A DNA stretch of 64,000 bases, from positions 83,080,001 to 83,144,000 of the forward strand of contig NC_043001.1 of the NCBI RefSeq assembly GCF_006345805.1. The letters are read 5' to 3'. Positions 1 through 14,645 of this stretch are shown here, piece by piece. Numbering within the stretch: position 1 is the stretch's first letter; every line of letters starts with the position of its first letter. The stretch is from Octopus sinensis (Eukaryota). The notes under the pieces are model-generated. The model ran no database searches. It saw only the letters and a list, made by a program, of their open reading frames with translations, and was not told the origin of the DNA. The position numbers and the translations under genes are program-made.

Positions 1-228
1 CTTGTGTTTGTGTGTGTGCTTGTGTGTGCATGTGTGCGTGTTGCATGTGCTGTGTGTGTATGTTGTGTTGTTGTTGTGTGTATGTGTGTTGTGTGTTGTG
101 TGTGCAAGTATTCTGTTGTGTGTGAGAAATGTGTGAGGATTTTGTGTTGTGCGTGAGCTGCTCGCATATTGCATGTGCAAGTTGTGTGTTTGTGTGTGTA
201 TGTGTGTCTCTGTGTGTGTACGTACATG

Positions 229-266
<38 letters not shown>

Positions 267-290
267 TGTGTGTGTGCGCGCGCGCGAGGT
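1..290. repeat. Degenerate (TG)n microsatellite
   Basis: Direct inspection. Confidence 0.9.
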
Positions 291-671
291 AAAGGGCGAA
301 AGTGACCTTGAAAGGAGTGACATGACGTGTCTGAGACAAACAGACATTCACTCACCTTTCACCTCTTAACTTTCACCTCACCTTCCAAGTCACACATATT
401 AAACTGGCGTAAGTTATTAAGGAATAACATGGGCAGGTGGTTGAATAAATGGACAACACACACACACACACACACACACAACACACGCATACACAGACAC
501 AAGCAAAAATACACAAATAAACACATACACACACAGAGTCACAAACTCACACACACACAGTCACATACTCACACACACATAATCTCTCACACATGCAGTA
601 TACTCAATATATACATGCAACATAATATAACTTTTCTACAATAGACGCAAAGAATATGTACACACACACAC

Positions 672-672
<1 letters not shown>

Positions 673-758
<86 letters not shown>

Positions 759-778
759 CATCCATCCATCTATCTATG
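673..778. repeat. (TCTA)n tetranucleotide microsatellite
   Basis: About 24 near-perfect TCTA units followed by TCCA variants. Confidence 0.95.
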
Positions 779-791
779 CATTGATATATAT

Positions 792-829
<38 letters not shown>

Positions 830-1044
830 TATTGTTTGCATATTGCGTATTGCGTGTGTACGTATTGTATAAAAGATATATATGTTGCATGTATATATTG
901 GATATACACTGTGTGTGTATGAGATTATGTGAGTGTGAATGTCTGTGTGTGTGTGTGTGTGTGTGTGGATATATATTAATATGTTAAATGCATATACATG
1001 TATGTGTATGTATTTCCCTGTCTCTCTCTGTATATTAAGTATAT

Positions 1045-1125
1045 TAAGTTACGGGGACGTAAACACACCAGCTTCGGTTGTCAAGCGATGTTGGGGGGAC
1101 AAAACACAGACACATTAAACACACT

Positions 1126-1166
<41 letters not shown>

Positions 1167-1325
1167 CTATATATATATATATATACATATATACGACAGG
1201 TTCTTTCAGTTTCCATCTACCAAATCCAGTCACAAGGCTTTGTTACTTTGCCCAATGTGCCACGCAGTGGGACTGAACCCGGAACCATGTGGTTGGTAAG
1301 CAAGCTACTTACCACGCAGCCACTC
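1045..1325 (-). mobile_element. tRNA-derived SINE family A, partial copy with internal deletion
   Basis: Matches other family A copies: tRNA-like head GGCTGCGTGGTAAGTAGCTTGCTTACCAACCACATGGTTCCGGGTTCAGTCCC and internal microsatellite. Confidence 0.85.
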
Positions 1326-1356
<31 letters not shown>

Positions 1357-1532
1357 TTCAAACACGCACACACACATACACACACATACACACAACGTTT
1401 AAACATTAAATACTCGGAACACACATAGAAATCATGCATGCTTTGTAAAAACTTACAAAAATAACATACATGTATGCACACAAAAGGCATACAACATTTA
1501 TATAACAAACACATACACACAGCCACATGCAT

Positions 1533-1591
<59 letters not shown>

Positions 1592-1688
1592 AACACACAC
1601 AAAGCACATTTATAAATTATCCAGAGACACACTCCTAACACAGCGTACGCACACAAACTCACACGCACTTATAGAGAAGAGATAACAC

Positions 1689-1749
<61 letters not shown>

Positions 1750-1913
1750 ATATTATCTATATATATATACATATATACGACAGGTTCTTTCAGTTTCCAT
1801 CTACCAAATCCAGTCACAAGGCTTTGGTACTTGCCCAATGTGCCACGCAGTGGGACTGAACCCGGAACCATGTGGTTGTAAGCAAGCTACTTACCACGCA
1901 GCACTCATATACA

Positions 1914-1948
<35 letters not shown>

Positions 1949-2284
1949 ACACGCACACACAAATACACACACATACACACAACGTTTAAACATTAAATAC
2001 TCGAAACCACATAGAAATCATGCAGGCTTTGTAAAAACTTACAAAATAAAACATACATGTTGCACACAAAAGGCATACAACATTTATATAACAAAAAAAT
2101 ACACACAGTCACATGCATACAACACACACAAACACACACACACACACACACAAAACACAACACACACACAAACACCACACCACACACAAACACACACAAA
2201 GCACATTTATAAATTATCCAGAGACACACTCCTAACACAGCGTTACGCACAACAAACTCACACGCACTATAGAGAAGAGATAAA

Positions 2285-2320
<36 letters not shown>
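1191..2320. repeat. Tandem duplication, period ~584 bp (SINE A head plus CA/TA-rich sequence)
   Basis: ATACGACAGGTTCTTTCAG at 1191 and 1775; downstream anchors also repeat; differences are mostly small indels. Confidence 0.85.
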
Positions 2321-2325
<5 letters not shown>

Positions 2326-2654
2326 AAACAACGTACACACATACACACAAGAGTCACACAGCATATGCACAGCATATGCACAATACACAAATACACACAG
2401 AATAAGTACAAAGCACACACAGAAATAACACAAACACATTCCTAACACAACACACACACATACACACACACACATGCACACCTGTCAGATGTAACATGTA
2501 ACTGGCAACGCAGACATACACACATACATACGCGCGTACAAACACACTAACACACACACACACACACTCATTCGCACGCACATTTACAAGTACCGATACG
2601 CCGACCTTCACACATACCAATGTAGAACTTTCCAAAATCAGGAATTCCATAGCA

Positions 2655-2664
2655 ATGACGTCAT
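2655..2664. promoter_or_regulatory. Perfect palindromic CRE/ATF site ATGACGTCAT in a short unique island
   Basis: Motif match only. Confidence 0.15.
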
Positions 2665-2869
2665 CGCTGCAACAAGATTCTGGATCAGATGTTTATTTCT
2701 AGTAGACAAAGCCGGGGATACGGTTTCGATTCACTTGTTGGACCACTTTGTATTATTTTTCAGTATAAATATGCAATCTCATTGGAAAGCATGAATATCA
2801 CAACACGCCCTTCTGGAAGAAATGTTACCTGAATATCTTACCAGCATCGGCAACAATAGCTACAGCACC

Positions 2870-3660
2870 GCCATCATCACCACCACAACCATCACCACCG
2901 CCACGACCTCACCACCGCCAACACCTTCACGATATGTACCATCACCAGCTGAACGCCACCACCATAACTACCCCACCACCAGTGTCACTATCATTACCAC
3001 CACCATCACCATCACTATCATCACCACCATCACCACCACCACCACCATCACCCTCACCATCTCTACAATCACCACCACCACCACTACCATCATGGATACC
3101 ACGATCACGACCACTACTACCACCACAACACATGTCAAATACAACCATTACCATAACAATACCAATCATCATCACCATCACCACTACTCCCAGCACTACA
3201 ACCACCACCACCACCACCACCACCATAGTCACAACTATAATCCACCATTATAATCACTACCATTATACTACAATAATCACCATCACCACTACCACCACCG
3301 CCACAACCATCACTACCACTAGACTCTTCCAATCAGCAACAGCGTCACCACTGTGCCACCACCACCACCACAACCACCACCACAGCCATCATCATTTTCA
3401 CCACCACCACCACACCACCACCACCACCACCACCACCATTATTATCTCTAAGACTCTCCCCATCGACAACAGCATCACCACTGTATCACCACCATCATCA
3501 CAACCACCACGACCATCACCACCACCACCACCACAACCACCACCAACCACCACCACCACCACCACCACCACCACCACCGCCGCCGCCGTCACTATCATCA
3601 CCTCCACTCCCAGCTTCATCAGCAGTAACAGTACCGCCGCCGCTCTGCCGCCATCACCTT
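2870..3660. repeat. Degenerate (ACC)n/(ACT)n trinucleotide low-complexity tract
   Basis: Direct inspection; source of the poly-T/H/P ORFs. Confidence 0.9.
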
Positions 3661-3894
3661 TTTCCAAATACAGTCATAAAGAGACGGAATTTAATTGGAA
3701 AAACATTTGAAATTATTCCAAAGGGGGCGAAAAAAAAAGGATGAGTTAGGGGAGTTGTGATGTAGTTTGGTACGGTGTTGAGAGGTGGTGCCAAGGTGAT
3801 GTAGCGTTGTAGTATGGCGTAACAAAGGTATAGTAGTATGATATCGCGTGGTTGCTGCGGCGTAGTACTGTTTAGTTCTCGTTGTTCTTTATTA

Positions 3895-3956
<62 letters not shown>

Positions 3957-3958
<2 letters not shown>

Positions 3959-4515
3959 GGCGGCGAGCTGACAGAAACGTTAGCACACCGGGCGAAATGC
4001 GCAGCCGTATATTGTCTGCCGTTACGTTCTGAGTTCAAATTCCGCCGCGGTCGACTTTGCCTTTTATCCTTTCGGGGTCGAAAAATTAAAATTAAGTACC
4101 AGTACGCCCTGGGGGCGATATAATCCGTTGTCTGTCGTGTTTGTCTCCTCTACGTTTAGCCCCTTGTGGGTAAATAAAGAAACAAGTATTTCGTCTGCGC
4201 TACGTTCTGAGTTAAATTCCGCCGAGGCGACTTTGCCTTTCATCCTTTCGGAGTCGATGAAATAAGCACAGTTACGACTGGGGTCGATATAATCGACTTA
4301 ATCCGTCCTTGTTTGTCCTTTCTGTGTTTAGCTCCTGGTGGGTAGTAAAGAAAAAGGTATTTCGCCTGTCTTAACATTCTGAGTTCAAATTCCGTCGAGG
4401 TTGTCTTTACCTTTCATCATTTCGGGGTTGATAAAATAAGTACCAGTTACGCACTGCGGTCGATCTAATCGATTGGCCCCCTCACCGGAAATTTCAGGCC
4501 CTGTGCCTATAGTAG
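3957..4515 (+). mobile_element. tRNA-derived SINE family B, head-to-tail trimer flanked by (TTA)n
   Basis: Head AAGGCGGCGAGCTGACAGAAACG, B-box-like GAGTTCAAATTCC, body GTCGACTTTGCCTTTYATCCTTTCGGGGTCGA repeated three times. Confidence 0.85.
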
Positions 4516-4573
<58 letters not shown>

Positions 4574-4610
4574 GTCAGTCCCAACTCAGACTCAGATAAT
4601 ACAGGCCTTT

Positions 4611-4998
4611 CTTTTACTTGTTTCAGTAATTTGATTGCGGTCATGCTGGAGCACCGCCTTTAGTCGAGCAAATCGACCCCAGGACTTATTCTTTGTAAGC
4701 CTAGTACTTATTTTTTCGGTCGCTCTTGCCAAACGGCTAAGTTACTTAGACGTAAACACACCAGCATCGGATGTCAAGCAATGTTGGTGGGGACAAACGC
4801 AGACAACACACACACCCCCCCCCACATATATATATATATACGACGGGCTTTTTTCAGTTTCCGTCTACACTCACAACGCTTTGGTCGGCTCGAGGCTATA
4901 GTAGAAGACACTTGCCCAAAGTGCCACGCAGTGGATCTGAACCCGGAACCATTTGGTTAGTAAGCAAGCTACTTATCACACAGCCACTTCTGCGCCTA
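4611..4998 (-). mobile_element. SINE family A, near full length
   Basis: Head, CORE-like ACTTTGGGCAAGTGTCTTC, internal microsatellite and 3' tail are all present. Confidence 0.9.
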
Positions 4999-5539
4999 TG
5001 ACCAAATACCTTCCACCTGCGATTGTCCTTCACATTTTCAGAAGCACAGTGAACTCTACGTTAAAATAACACAATATGTCCCTTTCTAAGACGTAGCATG
5101 ATTTTCGAGCAAGATTTAGCTGCTATTTCTCGCAAACTGAGCGAGCACCTTATGTAGTTGCCATCGTGGTTGTAGAAAAAAAAATATGGTGTAATGTTTG
5201 CGTAATGGGCGGTGAGGCGCAGTGTAGTGCATAGCGATGTGGTGCATTGCATAGGGTTGTTATTGCATGAAGTAGATGCACAATAGTGTGGAATGCATGC
5301 AGCAGTGAGTGGAGACAGGAGGAAGAAAGCGAGGCGGGTTCGAAAACAAGTTTTTTTTAAAAGGCTTCCTAATGGGTATTTTGTTTTCTTTTTAATTAAA
5401 ATTTCTTTGAAGAAGTGTTTTTAGGAATTACAGAAATTGGAAAATGCTTCGTTGAAATTATAATTTATTACAGAGAAAATATTATTTTACATCTGGCAAA
5501 CGATCTCTATTTCCTCCCTCTCAAACTGTTCCTATGTAT

Positions 5540-5597
5540 ATATGTATGTATATATATATATATTTATATATATATATATATATTATTATATGTATGT

Positions 5598-5637
<40 letters not shown>

Positions 5638-5639
5638 AA

Positions 5640-5670
<31 letters not shown>

Positions 5671-6615
5671 ATATATGTATATATGTATATATATATATAC
5701 TATATATATTGTATGTATTATACATATATATATATACATATACACAACATGTAGGTATGTATATAATATATATTATATATTTGTGTATATATATATATAT
5801 ATATATTAGATATACATACACATACATGTATCTATGTATATATGTATAATATGTATGTATATATGTATTTACATATATACACACATATATACATATGCAT
5901 ATATATATACTAAACACATGTTTGTATATGAATGCATGTATCCACACACACCACACATATATTACATATATATATATATATAATTTATTATACATATATA
6001 TATAATCTATATGTATATTATATTTATGATATATAGATAGATAGATTAGATAGATAGATAGATAGATAGATACATAGATAGATGTATATATAAACATATA
6101 TGTTTATATATATGTATATTCAAGGGTAAATATATACATATCATATATATAAATATATCTATGTATATATGTATATATGAGATATATATGTATATATGAA
6201 TATATATATTCATATATTACATTAACCCAGATAGATGTATGATATATATAAACATCTATATATATATATAGATTATATATATATATATATAATATATATA
6301 TATACTATATAAATATATCTATACATACATACGCACATACATACATTTTTATGCACATACATATAATATTTATACACGTATATATGTATCTGTACGCTTA
6401 CACTAGCAGACTATCGCAGACACACGTACAATGTGTGCGCGCGAGTGTGGTGTGGGTAAAGTCGATTAGTTACTCAGAGATTCACGCAAGACGATCAGTC
6501 AGGCTATACCAGAGAAATAAATGAATAAATAAATAAGAGCACAAATAAACTCTATCTCCTATATTGATTGCTTTCATTTCTCGTTTACATTTGTAATTGT
6601 GTGTGTATGTGTGTT

Positions 6616-6660
<45 letters not shown>

Positions 6661-7014
6661 TATATATATCATATATATATCTTATATATCTATATTATAG
6701 ATTATATATATATATATATATATATCTTATATATATATACATATACATATATATGTTATATATATCAATACACAAAAAATAATGTATATATATATATATA
6801 TATACATATGTAGGCATGTATATATATATATATGTATATATAGTGTATTATATATATTTTATATATATATATATAGGCATATATATATGCATATCTATAA
6901 ATATACGTGTATACTTATATCAATGGGCGCGTATGTGTGTATATGTATATATATTATTCATATATATTTATATACTTATATATATATACATCATATATAT
7001 ACATATATATATAC

Positions 7015-7055
<41 letters not shown>

Positions 7056-7087
7056 ATATATAAATATATATACATATATATACATAC

Positions 7088-7140
<53 letters not shown>

Positions 7141-7150
7141 TATATGTCTA
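5540..7150. repeat. Large (TA)n-dominated microsatellite block
   Basis: Direct inspection; source of the IY-repeat ORFs. Confidence 0.9.
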
Positions 7151-7643
7151 TATATTACCGTTAGAATGCAATACATCTTAGCTCTAACATAGTGGGAGTG
7201 ATGGTGATAGTGGGAGGTGTATGTAGTCATATACAAGGGGTAATTAGACTGTAGTGTGGGAGTGTTATTTCTTGGTTGATTGCTTTGTTTTATCTGATAG
7301 GCTTTCATTGTTGATACTGTTGTTGTTGCAGTTGTTATTGGTGTCAATATTGTTGTTGTTCTTGCTGCTGTTGTTTCAAGTTTTTAATGGTGTTTGATGT
7401 TGTTCTGTTGTTTTCGTTGCTATTACGATTGTTATTTCTGCTGCTGCTGTTGTTGTTGTTGTTGTCGGTGGTGTCGGTTGTGTTGGCAGTGTTGATGGTG
7501 GTGGTGGTGGTGGTGGTGGCGGTGGTGGTGGTGGTGGCGGCGGTGTTGTTGTTCCTTTTAGCCCCAGGTCAGCTGTGACTGAGCAGACCTATGATGAAAG
7601 GCGTCCCAGATAGACAGATGAATATTTCGATAGATAATTGCTT

Positions 7644-7697
<54 letters not shown>

Positions 7698-7856
7698 TAT
7701 ATATAGATTATAGTTAGATCGTTGGTGGTTAAATAGATAGACGGACAGTCAGGCAAACAGACAAAGACAACGCGCGCGCGCATGCTCACACATGTACGTG
7801 TATGTGTATTTTTGTGTGTATGTGTATGCATTTAAGCACGTATGTGTTTGTGTGTG

Positions 7857-7899
<43 letters not shown>

Positions 7900-8699
7900 C
7901 TATCAGTCTATCTATATGTCTATCTATCTATCAATCTATCTATCTCTCTCTATATATATGCATATATAAGGATACATAAGGTATATGCATATATACCTAT
8001 ATGTGTATGTATATATATATTTGCATATATATACATATTCATATATATGTGTGTATATATAAATGCATTTATGCAGGTATGTGTTTGCATATTTATATAT
8101 GCATATATAACGTATGTACATATATAGGTTTATATATACATATATACGTATACATACAGATGTATGTGTATATATATGTATAAACATGTGTATGTATATA
8201 TGCGTGTGTGTGCGTATGTATTCTTATGTATGTATGTGCGTGCGTATGTATGTATGTATGTATGTATGCATGTATGTATGCATGTATGTATGTATGTATG
8301 TATGTATGTATGGACACCAGAGAGATTTTGAATATTGTGAAATGTAATGCATCATATACCTTTTTTGCTAAAGATACAATGTTAGCCTCTCTGTAAACCA
8401 TTTTGTTTAAAAAGTCTAAAATTCTATTATCAAATATGTTATACATTACATCAAAGACAGAATAAACAACGCGCGCACGCACACACACATACACAAACAC
8501 ACTCACATACACAAAGAAACACTCATACGCGCATAAACAGACATGCACAAACACGCACACATACACACAACACACAACACACACATACACACCTACTTGT
8601 ACTCAGATAGATATAGATATACAATATATTTTTTGTGCGTTTTGTCTTCTCGGCGTTAGTTTGTTTATGTTCCCCTATGCTACAGTTCGGCAAATAGAC

Positions 8700-9590
8700 A
8701 CCGATGTAATGAACACCACACTTAAAATGTCCACTGGAATTGATGAGTTGAAGCAAACATTTAAAGGTGGTACTCCAGCATGGTCGCTGTCGAATTTCTT
8801 TTGCAAGAAAAGGAATAAAAAAAATCAAAGAATACAATTCTGTCTTTACCAATGTTCGAAGCCATTTAAGAAATCTGGAATTATCCACTAACCTAACTCT
8901 TGAGAAGAATTTCCATATCATGTGTGACTTAAAACAAGGCTGTGTTCTTGCATCCATACTCTTCTTACTTTACTTTGCTGCGATGCTTCATGAAATTCCC
9001 CAGAACAACCCAGACGTAAAGATTAAGTACCGTTCTAATGGAGGACTTTTTAATCATTGTACAAACACCACCTGGATGTGATCCGCCAAACTGTAACATC
9101 ACCATTAGTGGAATCGACATTGAATGTGTGGTAGCCTCCTGTCTGTTCACTGTACTTCATAATACAAGATCTAAGCAGCATATTCAGCCTTTGGGAGACT
9201 CTCCAGTTGAAACTTTAGGAAGTAACTAGAGTCTTACCATGCAAACCAAAATGATGGTCTTCAATGCCATAGTTATGTCTACCCTGCTGTATAAGTGTTA
9301 GACGTGGACCTTGTACCGCCATGATCTGAAAAAGCTTGAACAATTCCATCAATAGAAACTTCGGTCTATCTTGAACATCGAATGGTAAGACTACGTTACC
9401 AAGATTGGCTACTAAAGAGAGCGGTACAAACTAGCATGGAGGCTACAATCATCAAGCACCGTTTCAGATGGGCAAGTCAAGTGGTTCACATAGACGAAAA
9501 CAGACTCCCAAAGATATAAGATATTCTTATTTGGGGAACTGAACATTGAGAGGCGCCTTCGTGGACGCCACCTGCGACTCTACAAAGAAG
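8700..9590 (+). pseudogene. Degraded RTE-clade LINE reverse transcriptase fragment
   Basis: LKQGCVLASILFLLYFAAML..KYRSNGGLFN, then TKMMVFNAIVMSTLLY..TWTLYRHDLKKLEQFH..LRSILNIEW and RFRWASQV; stops, frameshifts and an internal deletion. Confidence 0.85.
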
Positions 9591-11771
9591 GAAATTCAGC
9601 AGTGTACCAGTATAGGCTCTTCAAGGCGGTGCCTTAGCTTGGCTGTAGTCCAAAGTCTGAAACAAGAATGCGAATAAGAATAGTATAACAAGATATAACC
9701 GAACACCCCCCGCCCGCAGACACACACACACATTAACGCACTCACACACATGCACATATCATTTTAAAACGTGTAATTATTCATAAGAACCATATATATT
9801 CGACAATGAAAACGTTTAGTAATAAAAGCTGTGTTGAAATTTAAACAAACGCTGATAGATTTCAAGCTATTTCGTTGCGAAACGGAAATTTCAAAGCATT
9901 GAAAAGAAGACCGAGAATAATAGGCAAATAATGGACAGTATTAAGGAAGATAAAAGGAAGGGGAGGTGAGAGAAACGTAAATAAAAGAATTTGAATTGGA
10001 GAAAGGAAACTATAAATCGACAGAGAATGATACCACTCCACCTATAAAGTGTTAGGATATGGATAGGATTCAGGTGAGACGGGTTTGAAAAATATCTAGT
10101 TTTCTAGCTTTTAGTGTACTTAGTCTTGAAAGGAATGGATTGGAAAATTTGAAGTGAAATAAGTATGTGTAGATGAAGGAAAATAACTTTAAAATTATAT
10201 TGAAATCCGTTGATTAATTGCGAAGTTGAGAGCCCCGAAAGCGAACGCTGTAATATTAAAAATATTTAAGTTTCTGAATGGCTGACTAAGACGTTGGAGA
10301 AATATTTTAATCATAGAGATATATAAATATATAAAATGTAAATGGTTTTAGCTTTTTGCTGATAAGCCAAATTATCAGCTAATAAATGTATTAGGTAATA
10401 GGAAGGCTAAAAATAATATTTGATAATTAAGTAAATTGAACACATTATGGAACTGGTGGAAATGAAGGAGTAATATTTTTTTAATAAAAATTGTTCCCTA
10501 TGTGAATGAATGTACTCTGAAGTCGAAGCAGATATAATATTTTAAAGCGTTTAATACGAAAATAATATATAAGTAAGGTACTTAATAATTAAATATAATA
10601 TATAGGAGATGAAAGTGTATAATTCTAAAATGTTACTGGTGTATATAAACATAAGCCGAGAAAGAATTTGGAAGTGTGACGTATTTTAAAGTGCTTTATA
10701 TAAAGATTATGTTAGTGAAATAATTGAATGAATTTAAAAATTGCAGAAGTTTATCAAGAAAAAATGAAGTTATGTGTATGGAGGTTTTGTAAGAATAATA
10801 GAAAACTGAGATCAGATAAAGATTAAAACAAAAAGGGAAGGATCTTTTCGGTTGTTGTCACATATTTCATATTTTTTCATTTTGTTTCAGTTGTTTTCAA
10901 ATTTGGTTATACTGTTTCAGTTTTGCATACTAGTTATGAAAATTAAATTCATTTTAGCTATGCAAATTTTGGGTGATTTTAACCCAACGAAAGCTACCAT
11001 TATACAACATGACCGCAAATCTCATTGCTATCTGCTTCCATAGTAATAAGCAAAGCTGTTGTCTCCATTGTTTTCATTGTAACAAGGACGACGTACTTGC
11101 GCGAATGTGATACTTTCACCACTGCAACCACCACCACAAAGTTTGATACGCAATATCATCTTGTGACAGAGAGCTATCACGCAGAAAATGATAGCTTCCG
11201 ATTCCTGTTTTCTGGTTGGACTAAAAATGAGAGTCAATAGCATTTTTCTATTTCTATTTCTTTTTTTTTTTTTTCTGGGAATAAATGAATCCCAAATTTA
11301 AATTCAGCGTAAAAAGTTACATCAATAAATCAAATTTGAAAATTTTCACTTAATTCAGAAATTTCCAAATCTGTGACAGCGACTGAAAAATCCAAAGAAA
11401 CAATAGATGCAGATAATGAAACATTAAAATGATGAGTAATAGCAAATTGAATGAGATAAATAAATGAATGAATGGATGTTTGAAATAATATGCAAAGAAA
11501 TTAAATGAAATGTGTTTAAATTTAAATGTGAAATGCATTATAGGATGAAATAAAGAGGGGAAAACGGGATATGGGGAAGTATGAGAAGGTTGTTGAATTA
11601 AACAGATGTAGATGTGGCGAAAAGATGTTGACGATACCTGTTAAGAAGGTTGCTGGTGAATATTTCCTATTACTTTGGAAGACGGAGACTGTGAAGAAGA
11701 CTGTCATGCATGTGTGTGTGCGCGCGAGTGTGTGTGTGTGTGTGTGTGTGCCTGCATATCTCTGTGTCTGA

Positions 11772-11968
11772 GCTTGTCATCACTTCCCGACGCTTGACAA
11801 ACCGGTGTTGATCTGTTTACGTCCCCATTAAAAACAGACTAATAGAATAAGTAGTAAACTTTAAAGAAAATATAAACCTTGGAGAGGGTTTGTTCAACTA
11901 AAAAACCCTTCAAGACGGTGCCCCAGCATGGCCACAGTGCAATGGCTGAATCAAGCAAAACGTAAAAG
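11772..11968 (+). mobile_element. SINE family A, diverged 3' half
   Basis: GCTTGACAAACCG..GTTTACGTCCCC..GGTGCCCCAGCATGGCCACAGT. Confidence 0.75.
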
Positions 11969-12790
11969 ATACACGAAGGTAGAAAAGTAGATATTTTTTC
12001 ATGTTAAATTTAAATGTCTTCCAGAAAGTGAAAATTTATTCGGCTACGATAAAGATAAATTCGTATCTTAAGATGTGCTACTGGCGAGGATAACCAATAA
12101 GTTTTAAATGCTTGTAAATTTTAAGCACTGTATGCTTTTAGGAAGAAATTTTTCCTGAGTGTTTGTTAAGAACTGGAGTTTAGAAGAAGCGAATTTCCAA
12201 GTATTCAGGACTGTATCGTTGTATTTTCTTTTGTTAACTGTATAGGATTTATTTTCAGATAAAGTATTACCTTTTAAGTTATAAACATATTATGTATTAT
12301 TTTAATACTTAGCTTAATACAAATAGTTTCATACTACGATTTGGGTTATTAGATGTGTGAGTGTGATTGTAGATGTAAAATTCACATCGGTTTGACGTAA
12401 GACAAATGGACACCCCAGGAATAGAGTTATTAAATTTCATAATACATTGGACGACTATATTGCTTATAAGATATTTGATATATAGTCGGCACATATTAGC
12501 ATTAGTATAGTTACAATTAATAGTATATTGATATTCATTTAGCGGAATAAGGCGAGAAGGTGTGACAGGTCGAACACTGGCGATTTGGCATGGCTGACTG
12601 GACATTCAGCTTGTTTTGTGACGGTACTTCTCGGTACTAGAGACAAACACACACACACGCACATACGCTGCAATGCGTGGAAACATACATACACAAACAG
12701 AGAAAATAACAGAGGAGGTACAGATATTCAAAGATTTCATTCAATTCTTTATGTATGCGGTTTATCTTGTCTTATTTTAGCCAAGTCTAA

Positions 12791-13190
12791 AGGCGCAGGA
12801 ATGGCTGTGTGGTAAGTAGCTTGCTTACCAACCACATGGTTCCGGGTTCAGTTCCACTGCGTGGCATCTTGGGCAATTGTTTTCTGCTATAGCCCCGGGC
12901 CTACCAATGCCTTGTGAGTAGATTTGGTAGACGGAAACTGAAAGAAGCCTGTCGTATATATGTATATATATATTATAAGTGTGTGTGTATATGTTTGTGT
13001 GTCTGTGTTTGTCCCCCTAGTATTGCTTGACAACCGATGCTGGTGTGTTTACGTCCCCGTCACTTAGCGGTTCGGTAAAAGAGACCGATAGAATAAGTAC
13101 TGGTCGATTTGCTCGACTAAAGGCGGTGCTCCAGCATGGCCGCAGTCAAATGACTGAAACAAGTAAAAGAGTAAAAGAGTAAAAGAGTAA
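12791..13190 (+). mobile_element. SINE family A, full length with (TAAAAGAG)3 tail; CORE-SINE-like, possibly the octopus OR2 family
   Basis: AGGCGCAGGAATGGCTGTGTGGTAAG head, GGTTCAGTTCC B-box, CTTGGGCAA core-like motif, internal (TA)(TG) tract. The family name is from recall and not verified. Confidence 0.9.
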
Positions 13191-13727
13191 GTCTTTTTCA
13201 TATTTTCATTAAGATGTCTGATGTCAAATAAGCGTCGAATCAACGATGCCAAATACGCGGTGCTATAACGGCTGTGCCAAAACTTCTCATACCCCAAATT
13301 TTAGAAGGTTCAGATTAGAGTAGTTAAATACAGTTAGAGTGAAGATTGAGTTTAATTTAGCATAGAGAAAGAAATTTTAATAGTATTCTCGTAAAGAGGA
13401 TTAATATTATTCTGTGAAGCAAATTTTTTCGAGTAATATGTTTAGGGTTAAGCAAAAGAACGAGTAACATCTCAGGTAAAATAAACATTACACTAATAAA
13501 TATTTCGTTCCATATCCGTAATCCTAGGGGACACGGTATCGGATTTGTGTTAAGTACCCTCTACTTTTATAAAACGAGGAAAACTCCATAACACTCATAA
13601 AGATTTTCAATCTAAGACTTAATAACAGTTCTTTATTTGCATACAAACATTCCGTTCCCCTTTTAGCTAAACATATTTTCACTTGTTTGTACACAGGTTT
13701 ATAATTAGTCTTAGCAAACTTAGCTCC

Positions 13728-13758
<31 letters not shown>

Positions 13759-13893
13759 ACTACTACTACTACTACTACTTACTACCTTTCTTCATTAAAT
13801 ACAGAAGAAATCCTAAACTTTTTAATTATCATTTTGCTGCAAGCGCATCTTTATACTACACTGTTTCGTATTTTACACCCCAAAATTATACCA

Positions 13894-13934
<41 letters not shown>

Positions 13935-14068
13935 CTCCCTCCCTCCAGGTGTATTACTTTGACGCTCGGGAAAGGGAAAAAATCATTTACGTTTCGTGCC
14001 TACGCTCTTCAACAGAAAGGAATAAACAAAAAGAAAATATAAAAAACTTGTGGATTTAGCGGTGAAGC

Positions 14069-14095
<27 letters not shown>

Positions 14096-14099
<4 letters not shown>

Positions 14100-14295
14100 G
14101 GTCTGCTGAAAAGTTCCTGCCTTTAAGGGCGTCGCGAAACTTTCGGAGTTCTTTAACAGGGTTTAGGAAAACTGAAGAAACGCTTCAACAAATGTGTGAA
14201 TACGAGAGGGAAATATGTTGAATAAAATCACAATTAACTCATCCTCCTCTACTTTCTTTTACCCAAACCCAGGAACTTTTCAGCCCCCACCCTCG
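14096..14295 (+). mobile_element. Internally deleted mariner (MITE-like, ~200 bp) inserted in (TA)n
   Basis: TIRs TGAGGGTCTGCTGAAAAGTTCCTG / CAGGAACTTTTCAGCCCCCACCCTCG; remnant of the transposase C-terminus (RFNKCVNTRGKYVE*). Confidence 0.8.
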
Positions 14296-14297
14296 TA

Positions 14298-14328
<31 letters not shown>

Positions 14329-14442
14329 TACGCGTGTGTTTACCGAACAATCTATAGACAGTATCATAACCAGTATTAGATTAAAATAGCTATGTGAATA
14401 ACATTTATGATGTATATACGTTCTAATAAACACCGAGCATAT

Positions 14443-14645
14443 TAAGGTGGAGAACTAGCAGAACCGTCCAATGCAATGCAGCATTTCGCCTGTTTTTACG
14501 TTGTAGGTTCAAACTCCTACAACCTTTCCTTTGCGTTTCATTTTTTTCGGGATCGACAAAATAAATGCCAGTTGAACCCTGGGGTCGATGTAATCGACTT
14601 GGCACCTCCACGAAATTCGTGGGCTTGTGCCAAAATTTGAAACCA
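14443..14645 (+). mobile_element. SINE family B, diverged
   Basis: Head, body and CTGGGGTCGATGTAATCGACT module are recognisable. Confidence 0.75.
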
